Shown here: in pieces, positions 11,401 to 25,000 of the stretch | Numbering within the stretch: the first letter of the stretch is position 1 | Layout: the number at the start of each line of letters is the position of its first letter | From: Massalongia carnosa | Lineage: Eukaryota | Direction of reading: 5' to 3' | Assembly (NCBI GenBank): GCA_965645245.1 | Contig: OZ287080.1 | Span: 868,001 to 932,000 of the forward strand | DNA: 64,000 nt | Position numbers and translations under genes: made by a program | The notes under the pieces: generated by a model | Seen by the model: the letters and a program-made list of their open reading frames with translations, nothing else | Databases searched by the model: none | Told to the model about the DNA's origin: nothing

Positions 11401-12931
11401 GTGTACATTGCTGACACAAACGCATCGCATTTCTCATCAAACTGAACATTAAGCTTATTTTCATGTAGAATCGGCGGTATTTTTTCGAATATGCGCGGTT
11501 TAGTATATTTATACGCGGTAAACACGTCTTTATTCGCTGCATTTTCTAGAAAAGTCAACCAGGTTTGTTGTTTTGCTTTTCGAATTGCATGAAAATACTC
11601 AATTCGACTATGTTTAAACGTCAGATGACTAAAATCGGACGGATAATTCTTCCATTCTCGACGATGCCTGCACATGATTTTTCGAAGTTCGGTTAAATCT
11701 TGCGACCACCAATTTTTCGATTTTGCACATCTTTTTGTTTTCGGAATAAACATTTCAGCCGCGTTTTTGATAATTTTTTGCAAATGTATCGCTGATTCGT
11801 CGAATTGATGATTATTCAATAAACTTTTGAACTTTTGATTCGTAGTTGATTGAATTTTCGTCTAGAAACTTCGCGAATTTATTCCAATCGGCTTTATTAC
11901 AATTGTATTTATTCGATAATGCGGTTGCATGTGACGTCAAATTCTTGAAAGATGCGATTAGTTCAAATCGGATAACTTCATGATCTGAACCTGTGACTGC
12001 GTTTTCATCGATTGCCCAGTTTGTAATTGCATTTTCAATTTTGGAATTTGCAAATGTTAAATCAATAACAGATGATGAACTTCCAGAATGGGCGTAGAAT
12101 GTGCATAAATCAGGTGTGTTTATCAAACTACATTTGTTTATTTTCAACCATTTGACTAAATTTTCTGATCGAATTGCGTGTTGAATTTTCGAATTCCACC
12201 AGTTATGATGTGCATCGAAATCTCCACATATGATGAATTGATTAGTTGATGTAGGTTGATATTTGATTAAAAGTCGATCGATCGTGTATGTTTCTCGATC
12301 ATTTTGACTTTTTTCGTTATAAATATTGAAAATCTGCACTTTTCGAACTTCATCAATTGTAATTTCAATAATTTGCATATCGGAATCGTCAATAAGATCC
12401 GTTCTAGGCGTGCATTGCAGTTTGGGATTGCATTTTGTGACAAATATAGCTACTCTCGAGCGATAAGTTGCTATTTTCGGCATAATGCATGTAAATGACA
12501 GATGTGATATTGTTTTTTGATCTCGTGTCCATGGTTCCTGAAACAAAACAATATCAATTTGATTTGATAAAGCATATTCCAAACACGAAATCATTGCATT
12601 CGTTGACCTTCCACAGTTGTGTTGAATAAATTTGACATTGTGAGTATTTTCTATATTTGCCAACGAATGCTGTCCTGCCATTATAAGGCGGATAATTCGT
12701 CAGCCGATTTTCGTGGATTTAATGCAGTAAACATTTCACAATGTTCATCATTTGATTGATGATTTTTATTGCAGTTTGCACATTTCACAACAACGTGTGT
12801 ACACGCAGTTTTCGATTTGCATGTTATGCATTCATGATTACGTGTTTCATGATTTTGTGCACAAATATTGCATTTTGATTTGATTCGACACTGATAATGC
12901 TTGTGTCCGAATTTTTGACAATTAATACATT
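8432..12931 (-). mobile_element. B-type LINE, 5'-truncated in ORF1; complete ORF2 (12681 to 8668) broken by two frameshifts
   Basis: ORFs 11812-12681 (APE), 9597-11819 (RT, FIDD) and 8668-9600 (RNase H, CCHC); tail at 8432-8450. Confidence 0.95.
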
Positions 12932-14878
12932 GCGAATCGAATATTTTCATGCAATTCGAAAAGCAAAATAACAAACTTGGTTGACTTCTCTAGAAAATGC
13001 AAATAATAAATACGTATTTAACGCGTATAAATACTCTAAACCGAATATTCGAAAAAATACCAACGATACAATATGAAAACAAGTTAAATGTTCAATTCGA
13101 TGACAAATGCGATGCATTTGTGGCGGCCATGTACAAAAAAAACAATTTATAGACGATAATGTCGAAGATTTATCGAATAAAGATAATGAAGATGACGATA
13201 TTTGGCCGGATTCGACAGAAAACGAGTTGCAAAAAGCGATTAGTTTGTTTAATTCGAAAAAGCACGTGGACCTGATGCAATCAATTTTACAAATGTTAAA
13301 AAATCGTTTCAATCGTTGAAAAAAGTGATTTTTATGATTTATTCAAAATTTATACAAACCGCTTTTCATCCGTTATACTGGCGAACAGGACTCGGTGCAG
13401 TTTTGAAAAAATTAATAAATCAGACTATTCGCTGCCAAAATCATATCAGATTATCACTTTACTAAACTGTCTTGGTAAAATTGCGGAGAAAACCGTTTTA
13501 AATTGACTTACCTACATCGGCGAAAATTCGAATTTATTAGACATCGAAAAGATGGGCGGACGAGAGAACGAAGACGAAAAATAAACAAATAAAGGACATC
13601 CCAGTCAGCTTATTCGCTTCATTCCGTTTCCGACATAGTTCACAAAATTGATGAATTTGAACAATCAAATCATTTTATTAAACCTTGGAAATCGCCGCGC
13701 ATATCCGAATTTCAAATCGAAAATACAAAAGAATCTGCTAAATCAACTTATTATTCGACTTTATCCAAAATTAAATCAATGAACTCCGATAAATCCTGAG
13801 TTTTACTTTATACAGATAGATCAAAAATCGAAGTTGCAACGTTGCAGTCACATTTGCGCCAATTATGGGGAATTAGAGTAATATTATCAATAATTTTGAT
13901 AGATTTATCGAAAAAGATTGTCTGATTAAGTATTATACGATTTCGAAAAGCTGAAAATTAAGCAAACAGTCCGACATTAAAAATGCTGAACTGCATGCGA
14001 TTTTACAAGCAATGAAATGGGTCTCTAAAATTTCGAATACTAATATTTTATCGAACTTAGAAAAACTATTTGGATTTTTTCTGATAGTATAAACGCGATA
14101 AACGAAATTCAGAACTTGACAAATCATATTTTTGCAAGACATTTGAAAGCTCGCAAAACGCTTATTTGAAAGCAATTATCAGGTGATCTTGCAATATGTT
14201 CCGAGTCATTCAAATATTACCGAAAACGAAATTGCAGACAAAATAGCAAAGACGGGCCATAATCAAATCCTAGTCGAGTCCTCGGCGATAACATTTGATT
14301 ATGTAAAAGATCAAATAAATTAAAATATGCTAACCACATGGACGAATCAATTGCAACAATGCAAATCAAAAGGCAAATACTACGAGAAATTCGAAATGAA
14401 ACCTGGCATATCGAGATTTTATTATTTATCAAACAACTGTTTGTTCCAAATTGATATTTGCTACTATTATGCAATTAAAATTCGGACACGACTATTTTCG
14501 ATAATATTTACAGCGATTGAAAGATTATAACTCGTCAAAATGCACAAATCGATGCAATCAACGACAAACGCCAGAACACTTGTTATTGAATTTCATTCAT
14601 TATTTCGATAAAATTCAAAACATGAAACAAAATATCGATACTACGATCAACTTGAATATGTTGTTTAATATAAAAATCGGAAATGACATTTTCATTAAAT
14701 TCATTGTCAATAACAAAATCGTGTCTAGAAAATGGATACTAGGTCAGCTTGATGACGAGATTTTCGAAACTGGAGGTTGGGGAGAGATCGAAGAGTAAAA
14801 TCAGAACCGATTTATGCTGAAACATTCACGAACTTACAAAGACTAATTGTAAAATCGATATTCTTCGATTACTATAGG
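12932..14878 (+). pseudogene. Heavily degenerate LINE ORF2 fragment with an internal deletion at ~13565
   Basis: Homologous to about 41637-42272 and then 43342-44657; many stops; 3'UTR truncated. Confidence 0.85.
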
Positions 14879-15697
14879 TAATTTGTCTTTCGATACATTT
14901 CTTGACTTTCGATACATTTCTTGTCTTTTCGAAGTCAATCGGCTCGGTTTTATCGTCATCAAATTTGACATTATTCGATGCGGCCCAATCAAAGAACGTT
15001 TTGACTATGATTTCGATTTCTTTGCAATTCTGTTTTGCAGTTTTATTTTCGACATATATAGCAACATCGTCAATAAACTAGGAGAATGTGCATTGAATTT
15101 CATTCGTATTTTCGGAAACAAGTGACGAATGTTAATCAGAAATAAAATAGGCGAGATTGGTGAGCCTTGTGGAATTCCTCATTTGACATAATATGTTTTG
15201 CTTTTATTTTCATAAAATATCAAATTGATCGATCGTTTTGTCATGAAATAATGCTTGACCCATTGAATTATTATGCGAGATAATTTCAGCTTTTTCATAA
15301 CATTTAGCAGTTGATTAATCGAGACAAAGTCAAATGCGCCTTTGATATCGAGTAATAAACATGATAAGACGTTTTTATTTCTATATGCAATTTCAATATC
15401 ATGAACAACATTCATTACTGCGTCAGTTGCAGAATGATTTTTGCGTCCGCCCATCTGTTCGATATCGAGTAAATTCGAATTTTTGCCGAAGTAGGCTAGT
15501 CGATTTGCAACGATTTTCTCAGCAATTATACCAAGACAATTTAGTAATGTGATAATTCGATATGAATTTGGAAACGAATAGTTTGAATTATTAGGTTTTT
15601 TCAGAACTTAACCGATTCGAATAAATCATGAAAAACACGTTTTATAACGTTTGAAACGATAAAATTGATTACATCAGGTCCACATGCTTTCTTCGGA
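14879..15697 (-). pseudogene. LINE RT fragment
   Basis: GGRKNHSA...LDIKGAFD and GIPQGSP motifs. Confidence 0.9.
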
Positions 15698-16990
15698 TTA
15701 GGATTTATTTGACGCGTTATAGTCAATAAATAGGGATAGGAAAGAAAGAGTCATTTGAACAGTAAACAGGTCTAAATTCTATTCTGACTTTTACGTCCGG
15801 GGAACGTCCGAATAAAATTATTTGGTGGCGATAAAAGGGATATTGTAAAGGAAAAAAATATTATGCTCAATCTAAGGTTTAACAGGATAGGTCATAGACC
15901 AAAGCGATTTATACCAACAACTCCACCCCCAGGCCCCCCTCCGAAACATCTATGGGTCCCCCCTACTACGCATCCGGGCCCCCCCCCGAACCGACTCCCC
16001 TGCGCTATCTTCGGTAGCGATAATTGGTAGCACCCCCCTAACCGTAGAGTACACGAAGGACATGGACCAAACGTCAGAATTTTCGTCCGCACCGTCCACA
16101 CCCACCCCAAAAGCAAAATTTTTTGTCGCGCTATCTGGTGAATTAAGTACTAATCTGCCCATGCTATCTTAGAATTCTCATATTCGACTTGGTCCACCAA
16201 TTAAACGCAACAAAAGACGAACATTTGACGAACATTCAATTGAAAGTCAAGGAGTCATCAATCGAACATAATCGATTCAACTCTTGAATACGGCAAAAAA
16301 TGCATTATTGGAGTCAATCGTACTAGATCAAAACCCTGAAACAGCTATTGTCATTGATTATGTCAATTCTCTACTGGCAAAGAAATCAATTAAGCCTAAA
16401 GCAACATTAGAAATGATCGATTGGAAATTGAATAGGGTGCTAGAACAAATAAGCAAAATTCCAGAAACAAAGAGACAATAGGTGCGACCTATACAGACAA
16501 ATTCGGATGGAAATTCAAATGGAAATTCAAATTTGACTAAAAAAGTCAATCCAGCAATTCGGAGCGAAAAGGCCGGGGTCCCGGGGCCGCAGGTCAATGA
16601 CACAGCTAGAACATGGAGCCAAATGCTCGGAAAAGCGACTGTCAATTTCGAAAATTGGACTACCGTTCCTCGATCCAAAAAAACAAATAAGACCAACAAC
16701 AATAATTCGAATGCGAACAAATTCGATAATACTGACGATTTCAAGGCGATCAATCCTCGACGGTTGATAATCTCACCGAAAGCCCAAATCGGCGATATCT
16801 ATTCACTGTTGATTCGAAAACAAATCAATTCGCTTTTTAAAGATTCGAAATTGACTATCGTTGTTAACACGGTCGAAAAGTCCAAAACGGGGCAAAACAT
16901 ACTTCCGACTACTAGTCCTGAAAACACTGCCGAAGATTTATTGAACAATATATCAGTATAGGTGCATTTATTTGATCCACGAATCATTCC
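15698..16990 (+). pseudogene. A-type LINE distal 5'UTR and degenerate ORF1 (ATG at 15863)
   Basis: Collinear with about 38737-40030; stops and frameshift present. Confidence 0.9.
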
Positions 16991-17936
16991 GAACATTCGT
17001 CAAACGCCAGCAGCAATAAGCCAACCCCCACACCAAAGACCACCTATCGAAACACAAGTACCGCAACTTTTGATACTCTAAAACTTTCATAGTCAATTGA
17101 ACATCTCTTTCTCAGTCATTTGAGCTCCTCCAGATCAAAAACGGACTCAGATTGAGTGTAGGAGAGCTCTAGCAAAGCTCCAGCAGAGATTTTCTGCTGG
17201 TCGCACGCGACAGACGTGATAAAGCGCGCTCAAGAAGTTATAAAAAACAACAAATACCAACAATATCACCAAAAATCGCTCTTTTTTCTCACTTTCTTCT
17301 GTTCTGTTGTCGCATTACCCTCAATTATTACTACAAGAATTATCTACAAAAAATATCTACTGTCGCGGTACTGTACAACAACTGTCGCGACGACCAACTT
17401 TTTTGAAGTTCATTTCTCATTTAAGGTTACGGGAACTTCCGCAAGCTCAAATATTCACAGTATATTTCACGTATAATTTCTGCATATACCATTTTAGGCT
17501 TTATCGATCTCCATTGAACGGCCGGTCAACAGATCACTGAAAAGAAGGGGAAAAACGTCTGGAATAGGATTATACCAAAGATCCTATTTCAGATTAATCA
17601 GAATAGGAAGTCTCTTATTATCTTACCTTGCCTTAGATCTATTTTTATCGCAAAAAAGCAAAAAAAAAACCCTTTCATTATTTTCAACTATTGTAGTGTC
17701 TGGTAAAGGGTTAAATAAGATTTACTGCCTAAGCGAGGAACGGTCTATTTTAACCCGATTAGGATTTATTTGACGAGTTATTGTCATATAAATAGGGATA
17801 GGAAAGCAAGAGTCGTTAGACCTGTAAATTGGTGTAAATTTCTATTCTGATTAGTACGTCCGGGGAACATCAGAATAAATTATTTGGTGGTGATAAAAGG
17901 GATATTGAAAAGGCATATCGATTTATTTATTAAATC

Positions 17937-19322
17937 ATGTTCAATCCGGTACTCCCTAGGACTCGACGAATTATATCGAGAGCCTCCCCGGGAACACCCC
18001 CGAGTTCTCCTCAAAACCCTCCCCAAATGGAATCTCCGGGGCTCTCGTCAGTAGGACTTATAGAAAAATCGCCTGTACTTGACGAGCCTATGGATCAATC
18101 ACATGAATATTCGTCCGCCCCGACTACGCCGACCCCAAAAGCAACCAAATTCCCATCTGGACAATTTACTACCAATCTACCCATGCTATCGTTAAATTCT
18201 AATATAGAATTAAGCCCGCCCATCAAACGTAACAAACGAAAAACATTCGACGAACGAGTAGAGGAAAGCCAAGAAGCAATCAATCGAGCACAATCGATTG
18301 GATTACTCAAAACGGCTAAAACCGCGTTATTGAAGTCATTTGTCTTAGATCAAAATCCAGAAACAGCAATAGTCATTGATAATGTCAATTCCTTATTGAC
18401 AAAAAAATCAATTAATATCAAAACAACACTAGACATGATGAATTGGAAATTGGACAAGGTAATTGATCAGACTAGTAATCGAACCTCAGAAACAACGCGA
18501 AAATCGACTCGGGTTCAACAAGTCAATATGACTGAAAATCCAAATAAAGTCGTCAACACGAACGCACGAAAGGAAACCGCCGGGGTTACGAGTACAAAGG
18601 TCAATAACACGCCTCCATCCTGGAGTCAAATGCTTGGAAAAGCAACTGCGAATTCCGAAAATTGGACCACTGTTTCCAGATCGAAAAATTCGAGTCAAAC
18701 CTCGAACAAACTCGACAAAACCGACGAATTAAATGCAATCAAACTCAGACGACTGATAATTACACCAAAAATTCAAATCGGCGATATCGACTCATTGAAA
18801 CTTCGAGATCAAATCAACGCGCAATTCAGCAACGCGAAGTTAGATATCGTAATCAACACGGTCGAAAAATCGAAAACCGGTCAGAATATCGTTCTCACTA
18901 CTAGTTCGAAAAACACTGCTGCAGAATTGTTGGGTAACAAATCTATATGGGAACATATGTTCGATGCACAAAGATTTCGAAAAGACGAATCCTGGTTTAA
19001 AGTGATCGCACATGGAGTAAATATTGCAACGTTTGATCAAAATATGCAATTTTTGCAAAATGAAATCCAGAAATTCAACCTTAACATGGAATTGTGCGAT
19101 TTACCCAGATGGCTAGCGCGAGATCGCGAAAATAAAGTCAATTCTTCGGTCGTTTTGACTTTTAACGATCGAAATCAGGCCTTAAACGCGTTAAAAGGCG
19201 TAAATATCGCGGGAAAACACTGTGACACGGAAATATTTACTTCCGTTCGTCCGAATACACAATGTATTAATTGTCAAAAATTCGGACACAAGCATTATCA
19301 GTGTCGAAACAAATCAAAATGA
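17937..19322 (+). CDS. LINE ORF1 (gag-like), 461 aa, ending at a premature TGA after the first CCHC knuckle (full frame would end at 19511)
   Basis: CINCQKFGHKHYQC; homologous to the ORF1 at 38906. Confidence 0.8.
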   Translation: MFNPVLPRTRRIISRASPGTPPSSPQNPPQMESPGLSSVGLIEKSPVLDEPMDQSHEYSSAPTTPTPKATKFPSGQFTTNLPMLSLNSNIELSPPIKRNKRKTFDERVEESQEAINRAQSIGLLKTAKTALLKSFVLDQNPETAIVIDNVNSLLTKKSINIKTTLDMMNWKLDKVIDQTSNRTSETTRKSTRVQQVNMTENPNKVVNTNARKETAGVTSTKVNNTPPSWSQMLGKATANSENWTTVSRSKNSSQTSNKLDKTDELNAIKLRRLIITPKIQIGDIDSLKLRDQINAQFSNAKLDIVINTVEKSKTGQNIVLTTSSKNTAAELLGNKSIWEHMFDAQRFRKDESWFKVIAHGVNIATFDQNMQFLQNEIQKFNLNMELCDLPRWLARDRENKVNSSVVLTFNDRNQALNALKGVNIAGKHCDTEIFTSVRPNTQCINCQKFGHKHYQCRNKSK

Positions 19323-19510
19323 AATATTTGTGCACAAAATCATGAAACACGTAATCATGAATGCATAACATGCAAATCGAAAACTGCGTGTGCACACGTT
19401 GTTGTGAAATGTGCAAACTGCAATAAAAATCATCAGTCAAATGATGAACATTGTGAAATGTTTACTGCATTAAATCCACGAAAATCGGCTGACGAATTAT
19501 CCGCCTCATA

Positions 19511-21958
19511 ATGGCAGGACAGCATTCGTTGGCAAATATAGAAAATACTCACAATGTCAAATTTATTCAACACAACTGTGGAAGGTCAACGAACGCAATG
19601 ATTTCGTGTTTGGAATATGCTTTATCAAATCAAATTGATATTGTTTTATTTCAGGAACCTTGGACACGAGATCAAAAAACAATATCACATCCGTCATTTA
19701 CATGCATTATGCCGAAAATAGCAACTTATCGCTCGAGAGTAGCTATATTTGTCACAAAATGCAATCCCAAACTGCAATGCACGCCTAGAACGGATCTTAT
19801 TGACGATTCCGATATGCAAATTATTGAAATTACAATTGATGAAGTTCGAAAAGTGCAGATTTTCAATATTTATAACGAAAAAAGTCAAAATGATCGAGAA
19901 ACATACACGATCGATCGACTTTTAATCAAATATCAACCTACATCAACTAATGAATTCATCATATGTGGAGATTTCAATGCACATCATAACTGGTGGAATT
20001 CGAAAATTCAACATGCAATTCGATCAGAAAATTTAGTCAAATGGTTGAAAATAAACAAATGTAGTTTGATAAACACACCTGATTTATGCACATTCTACGC
20101 CCATTCTGGAAGTTCATCATCTGTTATTGATTTAACATTTGCAAATTCCAAAATCGAAAATGCAATTACACACTGGGCAATCGATGAAAACGCAGTCACA
20201 GGTTCAGATCATGAAGTCATCCGATTTGAACTAATTGCATCTTTCAAGAATTTGACGTCACATGCAACCGCATTATCGAATAAATACAATTGTAATAAAG
20301 CCGATTGGAATAAATTCGCGAAGTTTCTAGACGAAAATTCAATCAACTACGAATCAAAAGTTCAAAGTTTATTGAATAATCATCAATTCGACGAATCAGC
20401 GATACATTTGCAAAAAATTATCAAAAACGCGGCTGAAATGTTTATTCCGAAAACAAAAATATGTGCAAAATCGAAAAATTGGTGGTCGCAAGATTTAACC
20501 GAACTTCGAAAAATCATGTGCAGGCATCGTCGAGAATGGAAGAATTATCCGTCCGATTTTAGTCATCGGACGTTTAAACATAGTCGAATTGAGTATTTTC
20601 ATGCAATTCGAAAATCAAAACAACAAACCTGGTTGACTTTTCTAGAAAATGCAGCGAATAAAGACGTGTTTACCGCGTATAAATATAATAAACCGCGCAT
20701 ATTCGAAAAAATACCGCCGATTCTACATGAAAATAAGCTTAATGTTCAGTTTGATGACAAGTGCGATGCGTTTGTGTCAGCAATGTACGCAAAAAACCCA
20801 TTTATAGACGATAATGTCGAAGATTTACCAAATCAAGACAGCGAAAATGATGATAATTGGCCAGATTTGACCGAAAACGAGCTGCAAAATGCGATTAATT
20901 TATTTAATCCGAAGAAAGCATGTGGACCTGATGCAATCAATTTTACAATTGTTCAAAAATCGTTTCAATCGTTGAAAAACGTGTTTTTCATGATTTATTC
21001 GAAATTCATTCGAATCGGTTATCACCCGTTATGCTGGCGGACAGGACTCGGTGCAGTTCTGAAAAAACCTAATAAATCAGACTATTCGCTACCAAAATCA
21101 TATCGAATTATCACATTACTAAATTGTCTTGGTAAAATTGCTGAGAAAATCGTTGCAAATCGACTAGCCTACTTCGGCGAAAACTCGAATTTACTAGATA
21201 TCGAACAGATGGGCGGACGCAAAAATCATTCTGCAATTGACGCAGTAATGAACGTCGTTCATGATATCGAAATTGCAAATCGAAATAAAAGCGTTTTATC
21301 CTGTTTATTACTCGATGTCAAAGGCGCATTTGACTTTGTCTCGATTAATCAACTGCTAAATGTCATGAAAAAGCTGAAATTATCTCGCATAATAATTCAA
21401 TGGGTCAAGCATTTCATGACAAAACGATCGATCAATTTGATATTCGATGAAAACAAAAGCAAAACATATTATGTCGAATCAGGAATTCCACAAGGTTCAC
21501 CAATCTCGCCTATTCTATTTCTGATTTACATTCGTCACTTGTTTCCGAAAATACGAATGAAATTTAATGCACATTCTCCCAGTTTTATTGACGATGTTGC
21601 AATATATGTCGAGAATAAAACTGCAAAACAAAATTGCAAAGAAATCGAAATCATAGTCAAAACAGCTTTTGATTGGGCCGCATCGAATAATGTCAAATTT
21701 GATGACGATAAATCCGAGCTGATTCACTTCGAAAAGACAAGAAATCTATCGAAAGACACATTGGAATTACCAAACGGGACATTACTAGAACCGAAAAATG
21801 TAGTCAAATGGTTGGGCGTCTGGTTAGACCGGAAACTGAATTTCAAAAAACACGTCGAAACGCGAATCTCTTCTGCGAATCGATCGTTTTTTGCAATTCA
21901 GAATTTGATGAAATCCGAATGGGGTCTGAAACCGACCGCATGCAGACAGCTCTATTAG
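19511..21958 (+). pseudogene. LINE ORF2, APE and RT portion (815 aa, truncated)
   Basis: QEPW, GDFNAHH, SDH, PQGSP and FIDD motifs. Confidence 0.9.
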
Positions 21959-22003
21959 TCATGCATTATTCCTATTTCGGACTATGGCTCAGAAATTTGG
22001 TAT

Positions 22004-25000
22004 TATTCGTTGCGGCCCAATCAAAAGCTGATTTGACGATAATTTCGATTTCTTTGCAATTCTGTGTAGCAGTTTTATTTTCGACATATATTGCAACATC
22101 GTCTATAAAGCTAGGTGAATGAGCGTTGAATTTCATTCGTATTTTCGGAAATAAGTAACGAATATAAATCAGAAATAGAATTGGCGAAATTGGTGAACCT
22201 TGTGGAATTCCAGATTCGATATAGTACGTTTTGCTTTTGTGTTCATCGAATATAAAATTGATCGATCGTTTTGTCATAAAATGCTTGACCCATTGAATAA
22301 CTATGCGATATAAATGCAGCTTTTTCATGACATTTAGCAATTGATTAATCGAAACAAAGTCAAATGCTCCTTTGACATCGAGTAATAGACATGATAAAAC
22401 GTTTTTGTTTCGGTTTGCGATTTCGATATCATGAACGACGTTCATTACCGCATCGATTGCAGAATGATTTTTCCGTCCGCCCATTTGTTCGGTATCTAAC
22501 AAGCTCGAATTTTCGCCGAGGTAGGCTAGTCGATTCCCAACTATTTTCTCCGCAATTTTACTAAGACAATTCAGTAAGGTAATAATTCGATATGATTTTG
22601 GCAGCGAGTAGTCTGGTTTATTATGTTTTTTTAAAACAGCACCGAGTCCTGTTCGCCAACATAACGGGTGATAACCGATTTGTATAAACTTAGAATAAAT
22701 AGTAAAAAACACGTATTTCAATGGTTTAAACGCTTTTTGAATTATAGTGAAATTGATTGCATCAGGTCCACATGATTTCTTTGGATTAAACAACCTAATC
22801 GCATTTTGCAATTCATTTTCGGTTAAATTCGGCCAATTGTTGTCATTTTCGCTGTCTTGATTCGTTAAATCTTCAATATTATCATCCGTGAACGGGTTTA
22901 TTTTGTACATTGCTGATACAAACGCATCGCATTTGTGATCGAATTGAACATTTAACTTATTTTCATATTGAATAGGTGGTATTTTTTCGAACATGCGCGG
23001 TTTAGTGTATTTATAAGCTGTAAATACGTCTTTATTCGCTGCGTTTTCGAGGAAAGCCAACCAAGTTTGCTGTTTCGCTTTTCGAATTGCATGAAAGTAC
23101 TCGATTCGACTATGTCTAAATGTTTGATGACTAAAATAGGACGGATTATTCTTCCATTCTCGACGATGTCTACACATGATTTTTCGAAGTCTGGATAAAT
23201 CTTGCGACCACCAATTTTTCGATTTTGCGCATATTTTTGTCTTCGGAATAAACATTTCAGCCGCGTTTTTGATAACGTTTTGCAAATATAACGCTGATTC
23301 ATCAAATTGATAATTGTTCAATAGACTTTGTATTTGGGACTCGTAGTTTACTGCATTTTCGTCTAGAAACTTAGCGAATTTATCCCAATCGGCTTTATTG
23401 CAGTTGTATTTATTCGATAATGCGGTTGCGTGAGACGTCAAGTTCTTGAAAGACGCGATAAGTTCAAATCGAATAACTTCATGATCTGAACCCGTGACTG
23501 CGTTTTCATCGATTGACCAATTTGTAATTGCGTTTTCGATTTTGGAATTTGCAAATGTTAAATCAATAATAGATGAAGAGTTTCCTGAATGAGCAAAAAA
23601 TGTATATAGATCAGGCGTATTTATCAAACTACATTTGTTTAATTTTAACCATTTGACTAGATTTTCTGATCGAATTGCATTTTGAATCTTCGAATTCCAC
23701 CAGCTATGATGTGCATTGAAATCTCCACATATGACAAATTGATCAGTTGATAGGTTGATATTTAACTAAAAGTCGATCGATTGTATATGTTTCTCGATCG
23801 TTTAGACTTTTTTCATTGTAAAGGTTAAAGATCTGCACTTTTCGAACTTCATCAATTGTAATTTCGATAATTTGCAGATCAGTATCGTTTATAAGATCCG
23901 TTCTAGGCGTGCATTGTAATTTTGGATTGCATTTTGTAACGAATATAGCTACTCTCGGCCGATAAGTCGCTATTTTCGGCATAATACATGTGAATGACGG
24001 ATGGGAAATTGTGTTTTGATCTCGCGTCCATGGTTCCTGAAATAAAACAATATCAACACGATTTAATACTGCATATTCCAGACACGAAATCATTGCATTC
24101 GTTGACTTTGCACAACTATGTTGAATAAATTTGACGTTTTGTGTATTTTCGATATTTGTCAACGAATGTTGTCCCGCCATTAACCAAGCATTAATTCATC
24201 ATTCGATTTTCTAGGATTTAGCTAGAAAAACATGTCGCAACCTATATCGTTCGATTGATGATTTTTGTTGCAATTGACGCATTTCAGAATTGCATGCAGG
24301 CATGCGATTTTAGACTTGCATGTTGTGCATTCATGATTATGCGTTTCATGACTTTGTGCGCATATATTGCATTTTGCCGGACTTTTGCATTGATAATGCT
24401 TATGTCCAAATTTCTGACAATTAATACATTGCGTGTTTGGACGAACGGAAGCAAATATTTCCGTGTCACAATGTCTACCCGCGATATTCACGCCTCTTAA
24501 CGCGTTTGACGCTTGATTTTGATTATTGAAAGTCATAACTAATGACGACGTGACTTTGTTTTGACGATCCCGAGCAAGCCATCTTGGTAAATCGCATAGT
24601 TGCATATTCGAATTGTATTTTTCGATTTCGGTTTGCAAATATTGCATGTTATTATCGAATAACGAGATATTTACTCCGTGTGCTATGACTTTAAACCAGG
24701 ATTCGTCTTTTCGAATTCTTTGTGATTCGAAAATGTGTTCCCATGAAGATTTATTTTTCAACAATTCTTCGGCATTGTTGTCTGGGCTAGTGGTGAGAAG
24801 GATATTCTGACCGGTTTTGGACTTTTCAACAGTATTGACGATGATGTTTAAATTTGCGTTATTTAATAGCGCGTTAATTTGATCACGCAACTTCATAGAG
24901 TCGATTTGAGCGTCAGGATTTTTCGGTGAAACCACGAGTCGTCTGGCCTTGATTGCATCAAATCGATCGACTTTGTTCGAATTATGATTCGAACTTTTCC

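Larger units (their letters stand above)
17007..22003 (+). mobile_element. B-type LINE with complete 5' end, 3'-truncated after RT
   Basis: ~930-nt 5'UTR, ORF1, TAATG at 19509-19513 and ORF2 to the SEIW motif, then joined to an opposite-strand LINE. Confidence 0.95.

Noticed and set aside
12932..15697. Twin-priming 5' inversions explaining the head-to-head LINE junctions
   Set aside because: I found no enclosing TSDs, and the adjoining fragments differ in age and subfamily. Later deletions explain them equally well.
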